64,000 nucleotides of DNA from a virus. Taxonomy: Duplodnaviria; Caudoviricetes. Shown one piece after another: positions 13,301 to 22,400 of this stretch. Below the pieces are notes generated by a model, which saw only the letters and a program-made list of their open reading frames with translations, searched no databases and had not been told where the DNA came from. The DNA lies in the IMG/VR virus record IMGVR_UViG_3300028048_000086, positions 32,001 to 96,000 of that record; one strand, given 5' to 3'. Made by a program: the position numbers and the translations under genes. Within the stretch, counting starts at the first letter, position 1, and each line of letters begins with the position of its first letter.

Positions 13301-16300
13301 ATCTTTACTATACGAGAATGGGATGATTCCTAGCTTGTTTTTGCCGATACGATCAAGAGTCTCTTCAATCGTTTTCTTCGAGAGTCCTTGGTTTTTCTCC
13401 TTCGAATTTACGACATCATAAGTGCCGATAGGAGACAAGAAGCCTTTCGTCGGGTCTTTCTCACGAGCTTGTTCGAAGCCATGGAGAATCTTGCTCGTGG
13501 CAATATCCGTACTATCATTTGCCAAATCAACGGCATAGTCTTTATCTTCTTCAATGACATGCTTATCAACGAGAAACTTCTGGAAATCGCCGAGAATCTT
13601 GACTTGATTTTCCGGCGTGAAACTCTGAATCTGACGATCGTCGTAGCCCATCTCTTTTAAGAGAGTAGTGGCCATGCCCCATTCGCCACCATGAAGCTTA
13701 AAGGCTTTGATTCTACCTTCCGGAGCTTTGATGCCATTGAATCCGTTAAGATCAACTTCGAAGATATTCTCCATTTCGGAGGCAACACGATATCCTCTGC
13801 GCCACCCAATCGGAGCATTATTCAGTTTTGATAGCTTCGTTACACCTTCATTTGCCTGAAGAACTGCTTGTTCTTGAAGAGCTTGACGAGCATAGCGATA
13901 GTAAATCTTGAAGCTCTTGTCGCGAGTATTGTCTGTGCCGGACTGCTTCTTAGCGAAATCGAGTGCAGCCTGAATCAGACCGAAGTTACGACGGCCATAA
14001 TCTTCTAGCTGTGTCATGTTACTCGCAGTGTTCGAGTACATGTGCATGATGCCGTCGGATTCCCAACCGAAATATTTATAGAGAGTATCCTCAAAAGACT
14101 TCGCCGAAGGTTTATATTTCGGATTATTCGCGATTTCCGTCGCCGTACGTATCGTGCGATCCATCATCTCTTGAGTATATTTGCGACGATATACTTCAAG
14201 ATCAGAACCGGCGGCAGCTACCATATGAGGAGTATCTTCTGGCAGCCCCTGAATCGGACCATAGACTTTCGGGATTTCCTCATCCATATCGGAGATATAA
14301 CGAAGCAACCCGGCGTCTTTCGTGGCGTCGAGTTCTCTCGCTGCTCTAGCGGCCGCATCGTTATCAAACGCCAGCGTGCTTTGAGCTTTTAAGCCCTCAG
14401 CCGTAGGATCGATAATTTCGACTTTTCCCTTGGAATCTGTAGAGTAAAGTCGAAGAGCATTTCTCTCTTCTTTTTTCAAGTCATTAATAACATATTCGCC
14501 ATTCTCGTTGATATGGCCAGCGTATGACATATGACTCAGGCTGAGTCCGATATTATGCGGAGTACCGAATTTCCAAACATCGCTATTGGCGCCAATGGTT
14601 TCAGAATCAGAATATGGAGTTAAATGGATAAAATCTAGAGAACCGAAATCTAATTCAGGATGTGCTTCTATGATGGATTGATATAGTGGATTATCTCTAT
14701 CAATCCTGCCATTGCCCTGAAGAATGTAAAGACCGCGACGACGCTCGCCAGTTTGCTGGAAAAGTTCTTCTTTCGCTCCAGTTCCCGTGATAGAGACAGC
14801 ATCCGATGTACGGATAGTGCCATTCATTGGATCTCCGACGAATGTCAAAATGCCATCTTGGCGATAGCCAGAACGATTTGCGTAAAATACTTCCGTGCCA
14901 TTTGCGCTAAGTCGATCGGCGTCTTTCGGCAACTGATTGATAAGCGAATTCGGGTCATTCGGATTGAATAATCCAGTTCTATAAACCAGCGTCGCTGTTC
15001 CGATGGCGTCTTCTTTCGCGTTATGGGCACCGTTCTGAACTTTCGAGCCATTGATAAGTTCGAAAGCGTGAAGAAGAGCTTCCTGTGTCAGAGGCGTCTT
15101 GCCGGCTTCGCGCATCCATTTCATTTGCTGCGGAAGGAGGTCTTCGTGTCCTTTAAAAAGGTTCCGATAAAATTCAGAGCTATTTCCGACAGCTGCTCTT
15201 TCGACATGGAGATCGTCGAAAACATGATTGAACTTAATAGCGGAGCCGCCGAAGAGCTGATTGACTTCTTCTTTAGCTTTGTCGCTCATATAAGGCGACG
15301 TAGCAAAATAGCTTAAGTTGCGAATATCGAAGACTTCGGTGTTGTGGCCAATTGCTGTTAAGTCATTATCTACGATTGTATGAAGACCGGAAAGAAGTTC
15401 TTTTTCCCATCCACGAACACCGTCAACAGCCGTAGCTTCCTGCTGACGATAGATATCCGTATAAAGTTTGAGACCTTTTTCGACTTCTTCCTTCGAAAAA
15501 CGTATGTCTTCCTGCTCCGCGAAATTATCGAACGTGAAGATGCCTTCACTTGCTCTAGAAGTATTTAATTTCGTCTTCTCATTTCCAGCAAGAGCGAGAC
15601 GGTTCAGCGTAACCTTTTCATCGTTCGTGATTTCCTGACCGGAAAAATAGCGGCGCGAAATATCTTCGATACGCTTCCGCATATCATCGTTGATACCGAT
15701 GATAGAGCCATAAGTATGCTTGATTCCCGTAGAAGCATCGAAAGCGTTATTGGCGATGTCTCCTTGAACATGAGAGAAAGAAAACTCCGTGATGAACTGG
15801 CCTAGTTTTCTTCCGCCCTCATCGTAAGTAGCGCCAAGAGTTTCCAGATCCCATAAGACACTTTCACCGTTATGCTTCAAGATATTAGCGATACCTTGAT
15901 AAGCGGTCGCCGGTGTTTGTGCGACGTTATTCAAGATCCTCTGATAGAAGAGTCTCGGCGTCTGGTTCTTCGGTGATGTTACTGCTTCGATAAATGTATC
16001 TGGCGTGAGCTTCCCGTAAGCATTCTTGACAACTTGAGAAATCAGAGCTTTATCTGAGCTAGTAAGAGCCTGAATAGGTACTCCGATATGGCCGCCTTCA
16101 CCATATTTCGAGACAGTCTGAATTCTACCGGTAAAAATAGGCGCAATACGAGTGGAGAGAGCGTCAGAATCCATCTTGCGCAGATAATCATCAATGAGAG
16201 CGTTCTTTTCTTCCGCGCTCAAACTGTCAATATCATTGACTTCTCTCGTTACTTGCTGGTGTACTCTCCTATTTTTCTCTCTAATCTCTGCTTGTCCACG

Positions 16301-16339
16301 GACGTACGCAGCTACGCTGTCTCCTTCGTATATGCTCAT
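7319..16339 (-). CDS. 3006-aa candidate virion-packaged single-chain RNA polymerase with N-terminal DEDDh exonuclease domain
   Basis: Exonuclease: VLWDLETLG / IGHNTEVFDI / AHNAKED. Beta-like: MTDEGAGAIT and GNIKVSDNNEKTMG. Beta'-like: ILRQPAQ...KGDFDSD (DxDxD near 9158-9172). Located among tail genes. Confidence 0.7.
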   Translation of the reverse strand: MSIYEGDSVAAYVRGQAEIREKNRRVHQQVTREVNDIDSLSAEEKNALIDDYLRKMDSDALSTRIAPIFTGRIQTVSKYGEGGHIGVPIQALTSSDKALISQVVKNAYGKLTPDTFIEAVTSPKNQTPRLFYQRILNNVAQTPATAYQGIANILKHNGESVLWDLETLGATYDEGGRKLGQFITEFSFSHVQGDIANNAFDASTGIKHTYGSIIGINDDMRKRIEDISRRYFSGQEITNDEKVTLNRLALAGNEKTKLNTSRASEGIFTFDNFAEQEDIRFSKEEVEKGLKLYTDIYRQQEATAVDGVRGWEKELLSGLHTIVDNDLTAIGHNTEVFDIRNLSYFATSPYMSDKAKEEVNQLFGGSAIKFNHVFDDLHVERAAVGNSSEFYRNLFKGHEDLLPQQMKWMREAGKTPLTQEALLHAFELINGSKVQNGAHNAKEDAIGTATLVYRTGLFNPNDPNSLINQLPKDADRLSANGTEVFYANRSGYRQDGILTFVGDPMNGTIRTSDAVSITGTGAKEELFQQTGERRRGLYILQGNGRIDRDNPLYQSIIEAHPELDFGSLDFIHLTPYSDSETIGANSDVWKFGTPHNIGLSLSHMSYAGHINENGEYVINDLKKEERNALRLYSTDSKGKVEIIDPTAEGLKAQSTLAFDNDAAARAARELDATKDAGLLRYISDMDEEIPKVYGPIQGLPEDTPHMVAAAGSDLEVYRRKYTQEMMDRTIRTATEIANNPKYKPSAKSFEDTLYKYFGWESDGIMHMYSNTASNMTQLEDYGRRNFGLIQAALDFAKKQSGTDNTRDKSFKIYYRYARQALQEQAVLQANEGVTKLSKLNNAPIGWRRGYRVASEMENIFEVDLNGFNGIKAPEGRIKAFKLHGGEWGMATTLLKEMGYDDRQIQSFTPENQVKILGDFQKFLVDKHVIEEDKDYAVDLANDSTDIATSKILHGFEQAREKDPTKGFLSPIGTYDVVNSKEKNQGLSKKTIEETLDRIGKNKLGIIPFSYSKDNPKLAKQKFENATNKIADNIVDKILFNTGFAHEDSEDFVKNLMAQGYSKESAELMQRGQQIKRANTREVVHDLVRGIYENGGAIGYNEETGKIWGYNSINDFKAGKSQELFFTKERYEDGAFFIRQGKNNTRRVDPIGLFNLYDRGSREKKLQVNSLWGKAAGNVGASLHTDFLERKAGENELLGGVNYILSKFNATWRDFSTSLDKNKQDRLTSQSFYAGDIVQKLGELSNTKAFQEFEGTGSDTDNILKELMDKSHEAYMKDGTELYDGKRLSDLTMAQVVAIQEHGSLFEDAIQEVINNGSPNADVYSKIRGFTRHLGTHSSKGFYRIYQENQNVGENAHVGANGIEYKKARASYFRASEDTLKYLDSIGGMAGDLIRTVGESARNEEIGKSIGYKVENSFIGRRLSTSTRDFQILVDKGANALALSLSARESAEFTRISSIMTDEGAGAITSRAADAMLSYRYYEQQVDVDKVRAVESNARDVVMKRSNLGDATPELELDSEGNVHFHSNNGVFRKKDEKLFSVLGAYDEGEKPVLAKSNGFLRLGIFQDRMRLSDERVSEIINENLDKIDTSREGWQERVWNLFNSNNTYKARYFLEDMDMSGNIKVSDNNEKTMGRVIMNGLGQKDRKVAKVLTEFKATNLIGREVTADFITELMNPPKDLSKTKFGIALNAMTDGGWNDKRIRETIGKTFSSIEEFANAMMTERHGATDLLERVMTASGALQEGQHIWGVMNNYSGQIKHGDPTAFSSMFYAMKDRGMSNQEILREMKKVRPDLELDEKTGTFTLSHGSIDWDAYDEIAHKYFKSEGPEKYFELSKGGKKVTGYIEQLDNGYYRKFDMEGKEVSTGKTVDELLGKDDYAREIHSFEKVQRLNDEEAKKYGQRYLYSNTALSRGGQLQNLDMLRITTKDTARQNKKPEKLDERIMTNVFANRINEDYVNTIQQRLVHSLGEEKGNELYERFVKGTKAGDNIDQSLVDTIKAHQFYTDGEDRIYDKTLEERKEEFAPQYKQLTEESQKARQRLVDEGMTGEQIDSVIGTMKKAGATKITADKVLAQNMAFSFSVARKFNQKKNTLTVDDMQKFGFNVVSLKDLNTQARASGMEEFTNQLYGRPLLIDLHDDKLPEEAQIYGKRSNRYLALPFTKDIFEREDGTLSPGILTGDIASLLRQYRDYSDNYEQNADVKGAREKALGKIQESIDQFVGHVSQLTTGKDGVVKKASNAYFQDGVIRATAQGHDFAGGVTENGEWRSLDGNFSQLEWQGVNLSKMADVGRKDASKALNFSYAVVGNNAAKAIYNDDYFMELTGGNADLATKLKKATLEEVKTTGTLSDILRQPAQQNTSIAASALYVNDTVGDDELLVGVRGWMQKKGDFDSDKGDALVVRSGATINIGEKKIHTDSLDYAGYKALKKMEGVSVELDDGGKAFRDAIGSTIHTAATFNQFDDRRDASPRMDDLDTHSVRDATYDGRHSVDFDRVYTPEEEKKYSKLNEKLNEAFAPIAEEKGLEKGSTDYLRAMSDYVRTSGKYTEDTQKDLLESMHYAKTSALINQKIEADASKLAAGSLNTSIFEWMRTMANLEGNRDTHGYLNLATTTVAAIQEATLTGKSEKHGDLTRSEELSKLNSRIYGVMNRRGRGEEVSDVANEAREMYYNLLSTRTGKELARLPSNVLDKDTPIYEKAKDFYLWKLGQDAAANAEEIASVNRGEITNGMKAAMGAQLVHDAVETMTSPNSANFRAAMRVGISKNGLNPDYDQYKIEGGSSESLITSTEEMVNQQAKSMGVDSKIYEDALAPQNRSSAADIRTEKAREAADVIRQNSDNALKRREEIEEAAVRASTHRVAKAIKGIAGMTEHVGNPILAGAIGIAGGLLTSGYVSGPMNSTSDHGPADQAQSGQSDESQVAQMQQAPSLSDANLNVMRGGPNSGYVINVNATSPQGQQKAVEAIQNAASGMTPQNGSVNITMSSTIGSTASQYHINRMVSNAIGMSS

Positions 16340-16420
16340 GGAATAAACTCCTTATCTATATAAATGAAAAAGTCTAACCGTTACACTTTTTCGAAATGAC
16401 TTCTACTACGTAGATTACCC

Positions 16421-16451
16421 GAAAAAATTTCCCGCTTAAATAAAGCGGGAA
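16421..16451 (-). terminator. Rho-independent terminator after the 2190-aa gene
   Basis: TTCCCGCTT-aaata-AAGCGGGAA hairpin with a U-rich tail on the - strand. Confidence 0.65.
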
Positions 16452-16459
16452 GCACGAAC

Positions 16460-19400
16460 TTAATTCGCTTGCATCTGAAGACTTTGATTAACACGTTCCT
16501 GGACATCTTTCATTCCGAGCATCGTCTTAATCGATGCTTTTATCGAAGTAGCTCCGCCGGATTGGCCGGCCTCGACGGAGATATCAACGTTCTTCAAGCC
16601 TTGTCCTTTTAGTATCTTTTCGATACGGTTTTTGACGGTCGTAGAATTATGATCTTGCTTATGTATATCCTGAATCCGAGGAGCATTCGCTACTTCCGGT
16701 TTATCCAGCTCAGATTCATAGAATCCGAAATCGCCTAATTGCAGTCCTTGATTCACAACACTCTGGACTTCAGAATTCTTCAGGTCATACTGCGGAGCCC
16801 ATCCAGCCCAGTTTTCCTGTGGAAGAGCATGCTTCTTGAAATATGTTTCGTTATCTACTTGCTTATCTTCTTTCATGCCCCAAGCCATTTTGAGGGCCCG
16901 ATTCAAGAACGGAGATACTTTATTCAGGATTTCCTCTCGACGAGATTTATTACGCTCCTTGACAAATTCCATGAAATACTCGCGGTCTGTCTGCGGAAGT
17001 GCCGTGATAATCTGTGACCACGTAGCATCTTCTTTTAAGCCGTACATCGTATTTTCTGCCGCTTGCTTATAAAGCAGGGCAGTACGTGTCCATTTACCAC
17101 CTGGAACAACGAGTTTTTCTCCTTCGAGGTCGTTGATACGGCTCGTGAGCATACTCGTCAGACGATCTCTTTCTTCACTTTCAGGAGCAGAACGAACAAG
17201 ATCTTTTTTAAGAGACTGGAAGTGTTTAATCGCGAGACGATTCTGTTTGGTCGCTTCTTCTCGACGTTCGATGACATCTTCGATATCGACGTCTTCTTCA
17301 TCTTTCGCTTTTTTGGCGGCTTTCTTGTAGAGCCCCATGAACTTGAGATATGTCAGGCGATCATAGTAATCCTGCATCTCCCATTTCTTTTTCGTTCTTT
17401 GAGGTACCCATTCGCCGTTTGGATTCGTAGCCGTACGATATAATGCGCCTACGGCAGCACCTATCAAAGCACCCTTGCCTCGGCTCTTCTTAAAGAAACG
17501 AGCAACTTCTTGCCCGACATTCGCCGCAGAAAGTGTTTCATCGGCGTAACTATTGCCTCCTGTAAGAGCGTGGCCTAACGTAGAAATCGCACTTCCATGA
17601 CGAGCCCATTCCATGGCTTTCTTGGAGTTACCGAGATACAGTAGCTGAGATAAAGCCGCTCCGATAAATGCACCTCGATCAGAAAGAAGATAAGCCGCTC
17701 CGATTCCGTGACGCATGCCAGGAGATAACCCTTCAATTTCTTCTGAAATACGATAAGCTCCACCGATCAATCCCGTAAAAGCTGAGCGATCATGGAAAGA
17801 ACGCTCCAATGCAGGACGCAAGAACGTCTCAATTGGATGAGACCAAGTCTGATAAGGAGTGCCGTAAACTTGCTCTGCTTCATAAGATTCTAGCGGAGAA
17901 CGAACTCTCAAGAACTGGTCAGAGATCCACGGGAGATCCAGGTGAGCGATAAATTCAGAAGCGTAGGCTACACCTTTTTGAACGACGCCCATATCGCCAA
18001 GAACTGCCGGGGTGCTATTATCGCTTTTACGAATCGCGGCATCGCCGGCGGAAATCATCTGCTTTCCGACATTTTGTCCGTCGATGTAAACAGCTGCGTT
18101 GATACTACCGATAGAATCATTGTTCGTCTGATTATCCGAATCTTCGTCAACGGCAACAGTAACTGTTTGACCAACGTGAATATATCTACCGAGAACATCC
18201 TTCATGGATTCATTCGGATTTCCTCGGACACTCGCACCGGCAATCTTGAAGATAGAGTTGCCACTACGGAACTTGCCGTATCCAAGAACTTCAGAAACGA
18301 CGACATTCTTATACTGTAATCCGTGTCCTACGACTTTATAATCGTAGAAATCATGTTGCTTGCCTTGCTGGTTAACTCTCTGACGAATCTCGCTCATCTC
18401 ATCGATGAGTTCAGGATCCGTAACAGTCTTCTTAGCGATGTCTCTCCACATCTTATATTCAGGAGAAAAAGGAGCGATATCCGCTAGAATTTTCATTCTA
18501 TCAAAAGCACCGTATTTTCCTCCGAATTGATCAGGGTGCAGTTGATTCAGACTTTCGTATCCTTTACCAGGTAAACGCATTTCTCCTTTCGGCACGGCCG
18601 TAAACGGATCACCATAGCGGAAACGATCTGGGAGCCAATCAGGCATCTCATTCATGAGAGGATTGATACGAGTATTACGTCGATAATCAGGAATAAAACG
18701 ACGCATGATTTCTGCGGCTGGGCCGCCGAGACCGCCGAGATTCTCATCCCAAAAAGTACGGCTAAATGAAGTGATGTCTTGTCCCGTCGCGATACGTTTC
18801 TTATTATCGACACCGAACCCGGTAGCCTCGCCGACACCATAACCGTAAATACCAGCTATTAAGCGCCAAGAAACTGCCGCATTCTGAACGAACGAAGAAC
18901 CTTTACCTTGATTAATCAGATCCGTAACAGTATCAGGATCATTTAATAAGTTCATGGCGTCGACTGGACGATAGTTTTTGAGTTTCAGCCCCTGAGCCAT
19001 TCCTTCTTCCGCATCGATTTCGTCCTGAGACATCGTGCGAACGTTCTTTCCGGCCTTCGCTTTCGTAGCATCATTCATTTGACGAAGCCAATTTGCCGGA
19101 TTATGATCTCTCAGTATATTTTCGAGGTCTTCTTTAATACCGAGAGTATCGCCTTTCGTTAAACGATTAATCTCTAGACGATCTGCGTCATATAGATGTC
19201 GAGCATTTTTATTTACCGGTTGCCCATCTTTATCAGCGACGTAAGAATCTTTCCCGTCAGCTTTCTGAACGACGTAATTCTGTTGGTTCGGGACTGGGCC
19301 TCCGAAAACAGCGTAATCAATCGCTTCTTTCCAACCGATATGATTATTCTGGTTAACCGTTTCAAGAGCATCAGCAGCTGATTTTCCTCCCGTGAGAGAA

Positions 19401-22400
19401 ATGCCGCCTATCGTTCCTCCCGCTCCGGAACCAGAACCTAAGCCGAAACCGCCTTCTCCGTTCGGCGCTCCAGTAGCCCCGATATTCGGTCCGCCATTTC
19501 CATAACGAGTGCCAAGTAATTGGCCATTCTTAAATTGGACCGAAAGAACGTTTGTGTCATCCGTAGGATGATCATAAGGAACGAAGTTAATCGGGTCGAA
19601 GTTGCTTCCACCGATCTGGATATAATTTTCTCCGGCGAGATCTCTTGCTTTCTGCTTCGTATATTCATTGATTCCATGAAGCAGTGAAAGAGGATCGATG
19701 CCATTGACATTTCGATAGTCAATATCCGTAAACGGAATCGTATGAAGACTCTTTTGAGGTTTTATCAGCTCTCCGATCGTAGGATTCAGTATCGCGCCCC
19801 ACGGAGTACCATCGGCGAACATATGACCCGTTAATTCGTACGGGCGGTCGTCTTTATGTTTTTCTTCTAACCAATAAGGATCTAGGATTCCGAGAATCGG
19901 AGAAAATGGATTCGTCGGAGTAGGCAAGAGTGAATGTGACCACTTATCAAAGTATCCATCATAAAGAGATTTATCTTCGTAGTCTGATTGAATACGACGA
20001 ACGAAAGTGGGCTCGAAATACTGGATCGCGCCGCCACGAGCTTCATTGACGCCGCCAAATGTCCACCAAGCGCCCTTGCGAACCGGCGTATATCCTGACT
20101 CGTACCATTTACGGCGCTCATCCGCGCTCTGGAATTCATCATGATCTCCCCAGTACTGCATAATCGGATTAATCGATTTTTCACCTTTCATCCAATCCGT
20201 AATACCGAAGGTATCCATCAATTTACGTGAAGCAATATCGACGTTCGCTACACCTTGAGCGGCAGCGCCGGTAATCGACATTCCGGTAACTTCCTGAGAA
20301 GTATCATCTGCCCATTCATAATACGTAGCGGCAACGCCGATCGGGATCACACGCTTCAGCATAATAGCCGATGCTAGATCGGCGGTAGACCCCATATTAT
20401 CTTTCGAAAAGCCTAAACCGACTTTATTCATTTCATCGGAGAGGCGAGAAAGCATAAAGTATGGAATCTGCGTATATTCCGATACGCTTTCCATGCTATC
20501 GCGGCCTGCGTAGAACTGTTTGAAAAACTGTTTGACGTTCGCTTTCGTTTTCGTCCAGCTATTAAGGTCGTTCAGCATATCTAGCGGGCCCATCGCGTCA
20601 CGCATTGTGACCCATGAGTTATATCCGATAGGATTGCCGATTTCGTCCGGCTTTTCGTAGACCGTATCCGTAAAATGGGAATTCTCTTTTCTCATGTTAC
20701 GGACTTCGCTGCGAAGTGTACTAGTTAGCTCATCATCTCCTACGAAGATATCATGAGCTCTTTCGACTGCTTGCCAACCTTCGCCGATACTATTAGAACC
20801 ATCATCTTCGCCGATATCGCGGCCGAGATTCACCATATCATCGAAATATGATGTCATTGCTGAACGCTTTGCATTAATTTCTTCTACGCCACTGAGATCA
20901 GCTTTTTTAATTAAATCCAGCGCTTGCTGAAAATCTGGCAAATCCGTATCAGGAACTCTGGAAGCACTCTCTTTCGCGAAAGCTTCACGAGTTAGCACGG
21001 TACGAAGATATTCATCGACTGTTTCGGTAGCGTTCCCGGTATCTGTACCGACGATATCATTGATAGAAGAACCGACCCTCGTATTTGAGCGAGAGTTCTT
21101 TTGTTTGACGATCTCGAAAACAGAACGAGGATTCGTCTGAAGACGGTTCGACACATCTTTCAGTTCTGAATCAGAAATATAATCGAGATCCGCGTTCTTT
21201 ATGAAATCGATAAGCTCTTCATGATTTGCCGACTGTAATGCTTCGAAAATCCTTTTCGCGTCTTTATTCTCGGCAGCTGCCGCGAGTTTGCCGGCAGATT
21301 CTCTCGTAACTCCATACGTATTATCATGCATGAAATCACGAATCGTTTTGACTTTGAAGAGCTCTCCGAGACGAGTCTCTCGTTGCTCTGCTGTTTCTCT
21401 TTGATAGCTTCCTCCAAAAGCATCGATGGTATCATGAAGGGTATTCAGCTCTTCATTCGTGGCATCAGTATATGAATCGATAATATTGCCGAAGTAATCC
21501 TCAGAATCGTATTTATTGGCCATTGCCTTGATACGTTCCAAGGAAGAATTCATACCGGAGAATTCATCGCGGTCTTGTCCGATATCGAAGAATCGTAAAA
21601 TACGATTATCGTTTCGTTTATATCGGACATCGCCTGCCATCTGCTTCAAGATATTCTTGCGGGCTCCGTATTCGCCGGAAGCCATATGCGTTCGGATACC
21701 GCGAAGTTCTTCTATTTCTTCTAGGCCGTTCTCGGTAAATCTGAAATAACGAGAACTGGTATGAAAAATCGTAGAATCTAGCTGTGAACTACCGTGATTT
21801 TCTTTATTGTTCGTCAAAGCGGCGAGGACTGGGTCATAGGAGCCTTTGAATTCTAGAGAAAACTTCGGAGCAAAGCGAGCGTATTCAAAATCTCTCGCTT
21901 TCAAAACTTTGCCGGGGAGGGTGTCGGCAACACCTTTTATTAGCGAGTCAACGAATTTACGAGAGCCTTCTTTGGAATAGATATTTCCGTTCGCGTCTTT
22001 TCCGAGGCCACCGACATCCGCCGTGATATTTAAGAAGCGCTCTTCGAAATTCGTTCCTTTCTGAGCATCGATGCGGGCATAGAATTTCCGCATATCTTCC
22101 ATATCTTGAATCGGATCGAATTTCTTTGCCGCGTGATGCGCTCCGCCAGTTTTGTACGTCGATACTTCGATTTTATCTTTATTTTTTAGGAGGTCTCTGA
22201 CCGTGACTTCGTTCTGCCCTTGGATGAGGTCAACGAGTTTCCCGAAAGCGCCTTTCTTTCTCGTCGCTGTTCCGAAGATCTCTTCCATTTCGTCAAGAGA
22301 AGCCATTTCTTTCATCAGAAATTTATTCTGGCGTCTCCAATCAAGCATGAAAGGCGTACGATGTTCTTTTGAGTACGCCTTCATATCGTTTACGAGCATC

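Noticed and set aside
7319-16339. Calling the 3006-aa protein the tape measure protein
   Set aside because: Ordered exonuclease and RNAP motifs, and no tape-measure-like repeats
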